From Thermodesulfobacteriota bacterium (GTDB taxonomy: Bacteria; Desulfobacterota; RBG-13-43-22), in assembly GCA_040755035.1 (NCBI GenBank), contig JBFMBU010000082.1, positions 25,464 to 89,463 of the forward strand: a DNA stretch of 64,000 nucleotides. Direction: 5' to 3'. The notes under the pieces are model-generated. The model did not search any database. It had not been told where the DNA came from and saw only the letters and a program-made list of their open reading frames with translations. The translations under genes were made by a program, and so were the position numbers. Positions 49,771-59,367 of the stretch are shown here, in pieces (the stretch's first letter is position 1; each line of letters starts with the position of its first letter).

Positions 49771-50088
49771 ATGTTAACTGTTACGGAAGCGGCCCAGACG
49801 GCCATTAAGGACCATTTTGAAAAACAAAATCTGAAATCTCCCATTCGGATATTCTTAAGCCAAGGGGGCTGATCAGGGCCTTCACTGGCCCTGGCTCTGG
49901 ATGAGTCAAAACAAACCGATGATGTTTATGATATCAATGGAATCACCTATCTGATCGACAAGACCCTGGTTGAGCAGACCAAGGAAGTCAAAGTCGATTT
50001 TGTCAATTATAACGGCCGTTCCGGATTTTCCGTGTCTTCGGCCATAAGTTTGGGTGGAGGCTCCTGCGGCACTTCCTGCAGCTGTTAA
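49771..50088 (+). CDS. HesB/IscA-like Fe-S assembly protein, candidate selenoprotein (in-frame UGA at 49870-49872)
   Basis: Not in the ORF track. Translation is MLTVTEAAQTAIKDHFEKQNLKSPIRIFLSQGG[U]SGPSLALALDE...GGGSCGTSCSC. It aligns to IscA (LRLGVRTSGCSGMAY...CGCG) with the UGA exactly at the conserved first Cys. A hairpin (cagggcc ttcact ggccctg) lies 3 nt after the UGA. The gene has its own consensus promoter, an AGGAAA ribosome-binding site, and a terminator. Confidence 0.6.
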
Positions 50089-50164
50089 AAAATAAAACGT
50101 TCGGCGTTAAGCGTTCGTCGTTCGGCGAAAAACATCTAACAATTTTTGGATCATATTTAAAAAA

Positions 50165-50194
50165 GGGCGGGAGAATATCCCGCCCTTTTTTTTC
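50165..50194. terminator. Bidirectional rho-independent terminator
   Basis: gggcggg agaatat cccgccc hairpin, with an A-run upstream and a T9 run downstream. Confidence 0.7.
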
Positions 50195-50361
50195 AGACGA
50201 CGTAATAATTGCATTTAGGTAAACACCAGGCTTTGCCGGGGGACTCCCAAAGTTTGACTTTTAAGGGAATAGGGGGTTGGTAATATGTGGAAAAAGAGTA
50301 TCAATAAATTTTCCAATACCTGGTCAGAGATATTTTTTGAGAATGAATCAACCTCTGAAAC

Positions 50362-50490
50362 GTCATTCCGGTCGGTCGGTTCCACCGACCTCCATTTTCA
50401 GACCTCCGAAGGAGGACGAGCGAAAGCCGGAATCCAGGAACTTTTCCGAACTTTGAAAAAACCTGGACCCCGGCTTTCGCCGGGGAGACG
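50362..50490. repeat. Non-autonomous MITE related to the GIY-YIG cassette ends
   Basis: Termini gtcattccggtcggtcgg ... ccggctttcgccgggga. Shares a 38-bp core (agacctccgaaggagg.cgagcgaaa..cggaatccag) with the copy at 57443. Confidence 0.65.
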
Positions 50491-50649
50491 GCTTTAAGGG
50501 GTTTGGGTTTTGTTTTTAAGCCCCTTTGAGGGGCTAATATTTTCAAGCCTCCGGATTTGCCGGAGGTATTTGATTTTAAATCCTAAACAGGAATCTGCCA
50601 GCAGAAACAATCCTTCGCCGAACAACGAATGCTCAACGCCGAACGGTCT

Positions 50650-52230
50650 TTACAATTCCAGCGGCAACGCTTTCTTCACCGAAGGCAGGGAGGTAAGTTC
50701 TTTCAAAGCCGCTGCGGGAACCACCTGGTCAGTGGTCAGGAGAATGATATTCCCCCCTTTTTCCTTTTCCTGGCCCACCTGCATCCGTTCGATGTTGATT
50801 CCGTGTTTGCCCAGGGTCAGGCCGATACCTCCGATGACCCCGGGTTTGTCTTCATTATTGATCAAAAGCATGTGCCCTTCTGGGATGGCCTCAAAACGAA
50901 AGTCATTCAACCGAACGATCCGCGGCTCATACTTGCCGAAGAGGGTCCCTGAGACAGAGCTTTCCATTTTCTGGGTTTTAACCCTCAAGGTGATCAGATT
51001 CAGGAAATCATCCGCCGTATCACTTTTTGATTCCAGAACCCGGATACCACGATCTCGAGCCAGAATCGGGGCGTTGACGAAATTAACCACATCCTTCAGC
51101 ATGGGGGTCAAGAGGCCCTTGAGCACGGAGACGGTCATGGCCTTGGTGTCGAAGGCGGCCACCTCACCCAGATATTCAATAGTAACATCCGTCATGGCAC
51201 CTTCCAGGATTTGGGATTGAAAGGCACCCATCCGTTCGGCCAAAACCAGATAGGGTTTGACCTGTTCCAGAAGATTAGCGCTGACCGAGGGGACATTGAC
51301 CGCATTTTTGATGACCCCGTTCAGCAGGTAATCCACCATCTGCTCGGCCACGGCCACGGCCACATTCACCTGGGCTTCGCTGGTGGAGGCCCCCAGATGC
51401 GGGGTGCAGATAAAGTTATCCATTCCCAGCAGAGGACATTCCCCCGGGGGTTCGGTCTCAAAGACATCCAGGGCCGCCCCTCCGATTTTGCCGCTTTTCA
51501 ACCCCTCTAACAGGGCTTTTTCATCGACAATACCGCCACGGGAGGCATTGACGAGCATCACGCCCTCTTTCATTTTAGCAATGGCCTCGGCGTTGATCAG
51601 ACCGAGGGTTTCTTTGGTCTTGGGGGTATGGATGGTGATGAAATCGGCCCGTTGATAAAGTTGATCCAGGGAAACCGGCTCGATCCCCTGGGCCAGTAAA
51701 ATATCGGGTTGGATAAAGGGGTCATAAGCCACGACCTGCATCTTCAACCCCTTGGCCCGGTCGGCGACGATACTGCCGATTTTCCCCATGCCGATGATCC
51801 CCAGGGTCTTGTTAAAAATCTCCTTGCCCTGAAATTTTTTCTTTTCCCATTTTTTGCCTTTCAGGGAGGCGGTGGCCTGGGGGATATTCCGGGCCAGGGC
51901 CAAAAGCAATGAAATGGCATGTTCGGCCGTGGTAACGGTGTTGCCTTCCGGGGTATTCATGACCACGATGCCCCGTTGGGAAGCGGCCGGAATATCCACG
52001 TTGTCCAGACCGATACCGGCCCGGCCCACTACCTTCAGTTGGTCGGCGGCGGCGATGATCTCGGCCGTGACCTTGGTGGCGCTGCGAATGACCAGACCGT
52101 CATAGTCCTTGATAATGGCCTTTAATTCCTCCGGGGTCAGACCGGTTTTGACGTCCACTTCGATTCCGTCGGCCTGTTGAAAAATTTCCACCCCTTTTTC
52201 CGATAGATTGTCACTGATTAATACTTTCAT
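50650..52230 (-). CDS. serA: D-3-phosphoglycerate dehydrogenase with ACT domain
   Basis: 526 aa. Rossmann-fold motif GxGxxG (GIIGMGKIG). Catalytic and ACT-like C-terminal domains present. Confidence 0.85.
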   Translation of the reverse strand: MKVLISDNLSEKGVEIFQQADGIEVDVKTGLTPEELKAIIKDYDGLVIRSATKVTAEIIAAADQLKVVGRAGIGLDNVDIPAASQRGIVVMNTPEGNTVTTAEHAISLLLALARNIPQATASLKGKKWEKKKFQGKEIFNKTLGIIGMGKIGSIVADRAKGLKMQVVAYDPFIQPDILLAQGIEPVSLDQLYQRADFITIHTPKTKETLGLINAEAIAKMKEGVMLVNASRGGIVDEKALLEGLKSGKIGGAALDVFETEPPGECPLLGMDNFICTPHLGASTSEAQVNVAVAVAEQMVDYLLNGVIKNAVNVPSVSANLLEQVKPYLVLAERMGAFQSQILEGAMTDVTIEYLGEVAAFDTKAMTVSVLKGLLTPMLKDVVNFVNAPILARDRGIRVLESKSDTADDFLNLITLRVKTQKMESSVSGTLFGKYEPRIVRLNDFRFEAIPEGHMLLINNEDKPGVIGGIGLTLGKHGINIERMQVGQEKEKGGNIILLTTDQVVPAAALKELTSLPSVKKALPLEL

Positions 52231-52349
52231 GAAAACCTCTTTTCAGATGATAGATTCTTACGCAAAAGTCTGATTTAAAAATAATTCTTTTATCAATTTG
52301 TCGAAGCAAAGTCAATTTGTTAAAGTATTTCCTGGAAAAATTCAAACGA

Positions 52350-52742
52350 TTATCGGCAATATTCCTGCTCCAATCCGAAAGCGGAAGACATAAATTCAAA
52401 ATCTTTGTCGCAATGAAGGACTGTAGCCTTTTTATAGGCAGCGGCCCCTATCAGCAAGTCTGTAGTCGGGATGTTTTTCCCCTGCCTGTCTCCGCGGAAG
52501 CCCCATTCCCCGGCCCTTTCAAAAACCCCGCTATCCAAATCGATCTGAGGAAGGGCTAAAAGGGCTTCCTTAAGAGAAATCTGTTGCTTTTGATGGAGTG
52601 GGCCTCTGATTATTTCAACGACCACGACCCCGCAGGTGACCGCCTCTTCCCGCTTTAAAATTTCCCTTACTCTCTCTTTAACGGAGGGGGAGCCTTGGGG
52701 CCGAAGGTATTCTATCCAGGCTGAACTGTCAATGAGGTACAT
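52350..52742 (-). CDS. vapC: PIN-domain toxin VapC
   Basis: PIN domain (MYLIDSSAWIEYL) with conserved acidic residues. The start overlaps the vapB stop. Confidence 0.8.
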   Translation of the reverse strand: MYLIDSSAWIEYLRPQGSPSVKERVREILKREEAVTCGVVVVEIIRGPLHQKQQISLKEALLALPQIDLDSGVFERAGEWGFRGDRQGKNIPTTDLLIGAAAYKKATVLHCDKDFEFMSSAFGLEQEYCR

Positions 52743-52941
52743 CGGTCCTTCTTAGGGATAAAAAATCTTTTAAGTTGAAAGCCAAATCCACCTTTCCTTC
52801 CAACTCAATCAATTGGCGTGCTTTGCGCCTTCTGATAAATTCATCCAGGGCTATTTCCACGGTATCTTTGATGGTCCTGGCCCCGGAGAGTTTCTTGGCT
52901 TCCTGAAGAAGGTCCTCTTTAATGGCTAAAGTGGTTCTCAT
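52729..52941 (-). CDS. vapB: VapB-type antitoxin
   Basis: 70 aa, N-terminus MRTTLAIKEDLLQEA. Overlaps vapC by 14 bp. Confidence 0.7.
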   Translation of the reverse strand: MRTTLAIKEDLLQEAKKLSGARTIKDTVEIALDEFIRRRKARQLIELEGKVDLAFNLKDFLSLRRTDVPH

Positions 52942-53012
52942 TTATGCCTCCATAAGGCATTTTTATTTACATCTTATTCTGTGCCTCCATAATTGTCAAG
53001 CACAGCCTGAGG

Positions 53013-53048
53013 GCAAAAAAAACCCCGGAGGGTTGCCCCTCCGGGGTC
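53013..53048 (-). terminator. Rho-independent terminator of the porin gene
   Basis: GC-rich hairpin ccccggagggttgcccctccgggg (53023-53046) followed, on the minus strand, by T8. Confidence 0.7.
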
Positions 53049-53071
53049 AGGGTTGCTAATTTCAGATGAAA

Positions 53072-54289
53072 TTAGAAGCTGAAGCGGAACTGTACGCCGG
53101 CCAGCCAGGATTTTCCCAATTCAGTTTTGGCGGTCGATCCCGGAATCGTTCCATAATTATAGAAGGAAATTTCCGGAATGATTGACAAATTGTTGTTCAG
53201 TTTGTACCAGGCTAAGACACCATAAGAAGATCTTTCGAAATAATCGTTTCCGGCTTTCCAGGCGTCTTTATTGGTGGCCCTGGTCACAGCGTAATAAACA
53301 TGAGGAGTAACCGGACCGAAGGTGAAGCCCAGATCAATCATGGCGTTCATGTTGGTCGAGTCATAGATCTTCCCGGTGGCTGCCCTTTGAAATCCATGGT
53401 AGGAGCTTTCCGAGGTCAGAGAGACGGAGGAAGTGGGGCCGCCGTCATTCTTGCCATAACCGGCAACAAAGATACCCACAAAGGGTCCGAAGGCGACCCG
53501 CACCGGTACTGCCAGGTGATAAGCGGTCATGCTGCTATCCCATCCGGCCGGCAATTTGTCCCATTTGACGTTCTGATAGATCATGCCCGGAGTGACCATA
53601 ACCTTTCCGAAGTTCAGGGTGGCCTTGGCGGCGATGGCCGGATACCCGGCATAGGACAGGGTGGTGTTCCCTGAACCGGCTTCGTAGGTACCCGTAGTTA
53701 CCAGGGCTACATAGTAGCCGAACATCTTGTTGATCTGCTGGCCGAAACGGATCTGGGGGTATTTATTGTCGTAAACCGATCCGAAGGCGATGCTGTTGAT
53801 GTGGGATCCGGTGCCGAGGTTATACCCCAGAACGGACGGTCCCTGAAAGTAGGTCCAGGTGGAACCGATTTTACCGGCCAGGATATAGCTGTTGCCGAAT
53901 TTGTAGGTGCCGTAGAAGACATCGATCAAATCGTTGTCTTTCTGGTTGCCAATGGTCCCGCCGGAGCCCTGGAGGTTGCTGGACATGGTCCCGCTCTGGG
54001 TGGCGATGACCCAGTTGGCGCTTATGTCACCAACGGTATACATACCATAAATATGGCTGCTCTGGGACAGGACGGAGAAGAACTGGGTCCGGTCCACGGT
54101 TTTGCCATGAGTGGTATCTACATAGGTGTTGTAATTTTTATCGGTACCCATGTAACCGATGTCATAAATAAAAGCGCCGCCCATGGTGAAACGCTCCCCT
54201 TTGGCGCCTTCCACGGTATAGGCAAAGGCCGGCAGGGCAAAAGCGACCACGAGGGCCGAAATAAAAGCAAACATCCCTAATTTTCTCAT
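53072..54289 (-). CDS. Outer-membrane beta-barrel porin
   Basis: Signal peptide. Alternating amphipathic beta-strands. C-terminal ...FRFSF with a terminal Phe. Confidence 0.7.
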   Translation of the reverse strand: MRKLGMFAFISALVVAFALPAFAYTVEGAKGERFTMGGAFIYDIGYMGTDKNYNTYVDTTHGKTVDRTQFFSVLSQSSHIYGMYTVGDISANWVIATQSGTMSSNLQGSGGTIGNQKDNDLIDVFYGTYKFGNSYILAGKIGSTWTYFQGPSVLGYNLGTGSHINSIAFGSVYDNKYPQIRFGQQINKMFGYYVALVTTGTYEAGSGNTTLSYAGYPAIAAKATLNFGKVMVTPGMIYQNVKWDKLPAGWDSSMTAYHLAVPVRVAFGPFVGIFVAGYGKNDGGPTSSVSLTSESSYHGFQRAATGKIYDSTNMNAMIDLGFTFGPVTPHVYYAVTRATNKDAWKAGNDYFERSSYGVLAWYKLNNNLSIIPEISFYNYGTIPGSTAKTELGKSWLAGVQFRFSF

Positions 54290-54694
54290 CTCTTTTTTCT
54301 CCTTGTGCGTAATCTTTTGTCAAAGTTTGGGTGAATGAAACACTTCCCTGATTTTGCCAAATAGTTAACTAACTAATTCAATTTATTAAATAAATCCGGC
54401 AATCACCTCCTTCGCAAATCAGACTCCACTCCAAATTTTAATTTTTTGTAACAGGAATAAGCCCGTATGTCAAGGTTTTTTTGAAGAAAAAAATATTTTT
54501 TTAAGGCCCTTATCCCTTTAAATTAACTTGACAATAAATAAAAATGAGGTAAAAAGATACAAGGATCTCAGTATGGTTAAAGGGCGGGGGCCTTAATCTT
54601 TTCTAAAGATTCCCAAAACTGATTGGGGAAGAATCAACCGAACCTTTTGAGCGAATTTTTCGAAGAACAATATATTTTAAAAAAGGAGCAGGGA

Positions 54695-55105
54695 ATGACC
54701 TATTTTAAAATTTTTCTTTGTTGCCTGATGTTGGGTGTTTTGGGGATCGCCGGCTGTTCCAACACGTCTTCTTCCAGCGGATACGGGTCAGGAGCGGGGT
54801 ATAAGATCAACCTGACCACCAGCGCGGACCGGGTTCCTCAGGGGGGGAATGCCATAATTTTTGCAAATGTCCAGGATGCCCAAGGCAATCCGGTTAATGA
54901 TTCCACTTCAGGAAGAATAACCTTTACTTCCGAATGGGGAGGGACTATCTCAACTGCGGGTCCTATCACAATGGGCAACTGTACAGTTACCTACAATGCT
55001 CCGGGGAAAGACGATGACGATCAACCCGCGGTGATCGTCGATAGAATCACCGCCAGCTACCAAGGAGCTATTGCCTGGGTTTCCATTCAGGTTTATAAAC
55101 CATAG
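54695..55105 (+). CDS. Lipoprotein with Ig-like (Big-type) domain
   Basis: Lipobox (LGIAGC). A Ser/Gly linker followed by an Ig-like beta domain. Paralogous to the gene at 56819..57280. Confidence 0.55.
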   Translation: MTYFKIFLCCLMLGVLGIAGCSNTSSSSGYGSGAGYKINLTTSADRVPQGGNAIIFANVQDAQGNPVNDSTSGRITFTSEWGGTISTAGPITMGNCTVTYNAPGKDDDDQPAVIVDRITASYQGAIAWVSIQVYKP

Positions 55106-55212
55106 AAAGAAAAATATTTAAACTGGAAGTTCAAATTTCAAAGCGCAAATTTCAAAGTTTAACAAAAAAAATCCAACAAGCCCCTCACCCAAACCGAATC
55201 GCTAAGCAGCGG

Positions 55213-56832
55213 TTGATTTTTCTGGGGATTATTCTTTTTTCTCTGCTCCCCACCTTCACCATTGCCGCCCCACCGCTTCCTCCCGACCAGGCTTTTTCTT
55301 TTCAAGTCCGCCAAAGGAATCCTGCCCAGATCGAAGTCCTCTTTCGTATAGCCCCGGGATATTATCTCTATCGGGTCAAATTTAAATTCAGGAGTGATAC
55401 TGAGGGACTGACTATCGGAAATCCTTTTATCCCGTCCGGTCAAAAAAAGAATGATCCCATTTTCGGCCCCACGGAGATCCTGCGTCAGGGCCTGACCGTG
55501 ATCCTGCCTGTTCTGCCGCCTTTTCCAAAGGACCCGAATATGGTTCTGGCCATAACCTATCAAGGCTGTTCCGATGCCGGTTTGTGTTATCCTCCCCAAA
55601 CCCGAAAAGTGGGATTGAAACTCGCTTCTTTTCAGCAAAGCGGGACTTCATCCCCCTCCCCATCTCCCTCCCCCTTAAGGGGGGAGGGCCGGGAATGGGG
55701 TGATCTCTCCCCCCTTTTTTCAAGTCAGAATTTCGGTTGGATCCTGCTCAGCTTCTTCGGCTTCGGTCTCCTCCTCTCCCTGACTCCTTGTGTTTTTCCC
55801 ATGATGCCCATCATTTCCGGGATCATCATCGCCCAGGGGAAGGATTTGCCCAAGACGAGGGCCTTCCTGCTCTCCCTCACTTATGTCCTGGGCATGGCCC
55901 TGACCTATGCCGCCGCCGGGGTGGCCGCCGCCCTGTCCGGAACGCTGATTTCCTCAGCTTTCCAAAACCCCTGGGTTTTATCGGGTTTTGCCTTGATTTT
56001 TGTCGCCCTGGCCCTGTCCATGTTCGGCCTTTATGACCTGCAGCTTCCGGCGGCTCTGCAGAGCAAACTGACCTTGACCGGGAATCGCTATAAGGCCGGG
56101 ACCTTCGCCGGCGTGTTCATTATGGGCCTTCTTTCGGCCCTGATCATCGGTCCCTGCGTCACTGCCCCTTTGGCCGGGGCCTTGCTTTACATCAGCCGGA
56201 CCCATGATGTTTTACTGGGGGGGACGGCCTTGTTCGCCCTTTCCCTGGGCATGGGGGTCCCTTTGTTGATTCTCGGCACCTCGGCCGGGTTTTTATTACC
56301 TAAAGCCGGGGCCTGGATGAAAGGGGTCAAGATCTTTTTCGGGGTCCTCCTTTTGGCCCTGGCGGCCTGGATCATTTATCCGGTGTTTGCCCCGCCGCTT
56401 ACCTCGGCCCTTCCTTTTCAACGGGTAACCGGCTTAAAACAACTTGAAGCGGAACTGGAAAGACAGAAAGGGCTCCCGACCATGCTTTATCTATCCGCCG
56501 ACTGGTGTGTGTCCTGCAAAGAAATGGAGTTAGGGACTTTCCGTGACAAGCGGGTCGGGGAAAAACTGGAAGGGATGAAACTGCTCAAGGCCGATGTGAC
56601 GGAAACGAATGAGGAGACGACGGGTCTGTTAAAAAAATTCGGCCTTTTCGGCCCCCCGGCGGTTTTGTTTTTTGATCAGGAAGGACGGGAAATACCGGGG
56701 ACCCGGGTGGTGGGGGTGCAAAAGGCCGGGGAGTTTTTAAGAACACTTCAGAAATTTTTCCCAGGGAAATCCAAAACATCAACCCCTTCGACCAACCTTC
56801 ACCGGAAAAATAATCAGGCTATTCAACAATAA
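55213..56832 (+). CDS. dsbD: Thiol:disulfide interchange protein DsbD
   Basis: N-terminal DsbD-alpha domain. Transmembrane core carrying the conserved cysteines. C-terminal thioredoxin domain (WCVSC). Confidence 0.85.
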   Translation: MIFLGIILFSLLPTFTIAAPPLPPDQAFSFQVRQRNPAQIEVLFRIAPGYYLYRVKFKFRSDTEGLTIGNPFIPSGQKKNDPIFGPTEILRQGLTVILPVLPPFPKDPNMVLAITYQGCSDAGLCYPPQTRKVGLKLASFQQSGTSSPSPSPSPLRGEGREWGDLSPLFSSQNFGWILLSFFGFGLLLSLTPCVFPMMPIISGIIIAQGKDLPKTRAFLLSLTYVLGMALTYAAAGVAAALSGTLISSAFQNPWVLSGFALIFVALALSMFGLYDLQLPAALQSKLTLTGNRYKAGTFAGVFIMGLLSALIIGPCVTAPLAGALLYISRTHDVLLGGTALFALSLGMGVPLLILGTSAGFLLPKAGAWMKGVKIFFGVLLLALAAWIIYPVFAPPLTSALPFQRVTGLKQLEAELERQKGLPTMLYLSADWCVSCKEMELGTFRDKRVGEKLEGMKLLKADVTETNEETTGLLKKFGLFGPPAVLFFDQEGREIPGTRVVGVQKAGEFLRTLQKFFPGKSKTSTPSTNLHRKNNQAIQQ

Positions 56833-57280
56833 TTTTTGTTGAATTTATAGTGCCTTCAATACTCGGGGCATAAACTTCTATGGTATCTACCCCGGTATAG
56901 TAAAGGGCAGCATAAGTTCGACTGGACCATCCTGAGTTATTGGTGGTTGTTTCGCAGATGGTAGCATAGCATTTATCTTCCAGTGGAAAGCAGTTAAGAA
57001 CAGCTGTAAAGCAGACCATGGTTCCATGAGGGACTGGGGCGCCAGTAACATCCCTAACCACGGCGGTTACCCCTGTTGTAGCATAGAGAGGTATTTTGGA
57101 TTGACCTGTAGTTATGGTGGTCCTGAACTCCGTACCTGTTCCCGAACCACCCCCGGCGCTGGAACTGCTGTTGGTTCCCTGATTACAGGAAAGGAGGAAA
57201 GGAATAACAAGCAGAAGAACAACCAAAAAGCAGCCCTTGCCCATCATTTTGAAACCGTTTTTTAATGCATATGGAGCCAT
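56819..57280 (-). CDS. Lipoprotein with Ig-like domain (paralogue of 54695..55105)
   Basis: Lipobox (LLSC). Ser/Gly-rich linker. Ig-like domain. Convergent with dsbD. Confidence 0.5.
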   Translation of the reverse strand: MAPYALKNGFKMMGKGCFLVVLLLVIPFLLSCNQGTNSSSSAGGGSGTGTEFRTTITTGQSKIPLYATTGVTAVVRDVTGAPVPHGTMVCFTAVLNCFPLEDKCYATICETTTNNSGWSSRTYAALYYTGVDTIEVYAPSIEGTINSTKIIVE

Positions 57281-57413
57281 ATCTCCTCCTTCATAGCTGA
57301 CTTTACGGTTTATTTACTTTTTTCCTTTCGGCAACTCCGGTGAAAACTTAAGTGCTTTCCCCAACAGCCTCTTCAGCCAAAACAACCTTTTGTTGAAGCT
57401 TATAAAAGACGGT

Positions 57414-57629
57414 TGCGCAAAAAGTTGCCGAACGCCTTGTTTCGTCATTCCGGTCGGTCGGGGCGCCCGATTCCATCGAGCTTTTAAAGAGGCATCCATT
57501 CTGATGCCGATTACCGACCTCCATTATGAGACCTCCGAAGGAGGTCGAGCGAAAATCGGAATCCAGCATTTTAATTAAGTTATGAAATCCCTGGACCCCC
57601 GTTTTCACCGGGGTGACGATTTTTTGCGA
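57414..57629. repeat. Non-autonomous MITE related to the GIY-YIG cassette ends, with outer gcgcaaaaagt/attttttgcgag termini
   Basis: Inner termini gtcattccggtcggtcgg ... caccggggtgacg. Shares the core with 50400-50437. The outer termini resemble those of the 18851 and 60144 elements. Confidence 0.65.
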
Positions 57630-57672
57630 GAACAGTAAATAATCGTTTTTTCAGCTCTTCGCCGATCACGAT

Positions 57673-58047
57673 CTATTTGGATCCAATATACTCCTCGTAT
57701 GCCGCCTTGTCCATCAATTCATCCAGTTCAGCGGGCTTTTTTAAAATGATCTTGACCAGCCACCCCCCATCATAGGGTGAAGAGTTGATCAGTTGTGGTT
57801 CATCGTTTAACGCTTCGTTTATTTCAATTACCGTACCGCTCACCGGAGCGGTTACGTCCGTAGCCACCTTATTGGACTCCAGGGCGCATAAGGGCTCACC
57901 GGCTTTCATCTCCGTATCAATATCCGGTAAGTCCACATAAATAACCTCCCCCAACTGTTGCTGGGCATATTCCGAAATGCCGATCGTCCCGTGATGACCG
58001 TTGACCGAGATCCAGGCATGTTCGGAATGGAATTTCAGGTTCTTCAT
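57673..58047 (-). CDS. gcvH: Glycine cleavage system H protein
   Basis: Lipoyl-lysine motif (ESNKVATD). 124 aa. Confidence 0.85.
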   Translation of the reverse strand: MKNLKFHSEHAWISVNGHHGTIGISEYAQQQLGEVIYVDLPDIDTEMKAGEPLCALESNKVATDVTAPVSGTVIEINEALNDEPQLINSSPYDGGWLVKIILKKPAELDELMDKAAYEEYIGSK

Positions 58048-58192
58048 GAAAGATCACCTCTAAGCGCTTACATTTTCATTAATTCTACCATAAAAACTGA
58101 AATGGTCAATATCCTTAATAAAAAAAATATTTTATCCTGAACGGGGTAAAAAACCTGTTTTCCCCTGTTATTTTTGTTTCTTTTAAATTAAC

Positions 58193-59134
58193 TTATTGAA
58201 AATACTGTAAAATATAACTTATAGCTAAAAAGGTAATGATTACCCCTAAAATCAATTTTATAAGACCCTGGGGCAAATATTTTTGCGTCCTGGCGCCAAA
58301 ATACATACCTATAAAGCCTCCGGCGCCGAAAAGAAAACCGAGAAGCCAGTCAGGGGCAGTGGTTATTCCTGCCGGGGAAGGGATAATGCTGTAAAAAAAG
58401 ACCCCGGCTACGGAGGTGATAAGGGTCCCCAGCAGGGCGGCCCCGGCCACGGTATAGACCGGAAGATGAAAAACCGTCACACAAAAGGGGGCGATAATGG
58501 CCCCGCCGCCGATGCCGTAGGTCCCGCCGATCACCCCGACGGCACAGGCCAGCAGGAACATGGCCGGAGTGCTGAAAGAAAATCGTTCTCCCAAGAATTC
58601 GTAATCCACCCGGGAAAAGGAAAAGTGCAGGGTTCTGATAATAGCTTGGGCAGGTAGCCCTGATGGCCTAAGGAACTTATCTTCAAGGGTCTTTGCCTGG
58701 ATTTTTCTTTTATGGGAGCGGGGGGTCATTTCATATAACAGTCGTATTCCCAGATAGAGCAGGACACAGCCCACAAACAGTTTAAAGGTCCTTGGATCCG
58801 GCAGATAGCGAATGCGGAGAAAATATCCCAGAAAAACCCCGGGCAAGGTACCGGCAATGACCACCCAGGTCAAGGGCCAGGCCATGCGGCCTTCTTTCAA
58901 ATATTGATAAACACCGCTGGGGATGGCCACGATGTTGTAAACAAAATTTGTGGCGCTGACTGACGGGCTGGTAAAATTCAAAACGCTCACCTGAAAAGGG
59001 AGCAGCAGAAAGGCCCCGGAGACCCCGCCCATGGATGTAAAAAAAGAGACGACAAAAGCCACCAGAGGTGGGATGAAGAAATAGGTTTTTACGCCCGAAA
59101 CCGGGAAAAACCAAAAGAAATAATCCATAGACAC
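58193..59134 (-). CDS. TauE/SafE family anion exporter (DUF81)
   Basis: Two 4-transmembrane repeats separated by a central hydrophilic loop. Confidence 0.75.
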   Translation of the reverse strand: MSMDYFFWFFPVSGVKTYFFIPPLVAFVVSFFTSMGGVSGAFLLLPFQVSVLNFTSPSVSATNFVYNIVAIPSGVYQYLKEGRMAWPLTWVVIAGTLPGVFLGYFLRIRYLPDPRTFKLFVGCVLLYLGIRLLYEMTPRSHKRKIQAKTLEDKFLRPSGLPAQAIIRTLHFSFSRVDYEFLGERFSFSTPAMFLLACAVGVIGGTYGIGGGAIIAPFCVTVFHLPVYTVAGAALLGTLITSVAGVFFYSIIPSPAGITTAPDWLLGFLFGAGGFIGMYFGARTQKYLPQGLIKLILGVIITFLAISYILQYFQ

Positions 59135-59333
59135 GCTAGTCCAAAATAGTTTTTACCACAGAGCTCGGTGCCTCCGTGGTGAACCTGGTTTTGAAAAAAA
59201 CCCCCCAACAGGCTTAAAAACCTAAGTTAAATCAATACAACACTTAAAGCGTTTGAACCTTTTTGTACAGCAATGAGGAATAATACAGGATATCATCTTA
59301 AATAGTCAAAAAAATTATCAGGTTAGATTCTTG

Positions 59334-59361
59334 TTGACATTGGCCTGAAATCCGCTAAAAT
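59334..59361 (+). promoter_or_regulatory. Sigma-70 promoter TTGACA-N16-TAAAAT
   Basis: Near-consensus -35 and -10 hexamers, 180 nt upstream of the PGPGW gene. Confidence 0.5.
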
Positions 59362-59367
59362 AGAAGT

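Noticed and set aside
50285-50497. 70-aa ORF, and the similar ORF 57390..57578
   Set aside because: Both are read straight through MITE copies (...TSEGGRAK.GIQ...). These are repeat-derived pseudo-ORFs, of the same type as the 'VIPAEAGIQ' N-terminal extension of the 47715 ORF.
50510-51220. 236-aa ORF antisense to serA, and many other 60-250-aa ORFs embedded antisense in long genes (for example 45657..46403, 46881..47714, 17783..18817, 41226..41843, 60330..61136)
   Set aside because: They are fully contained within, and opposite to, well-supported conserved genes. High-GC antisense frames are routinely open. There is no independent support for them.
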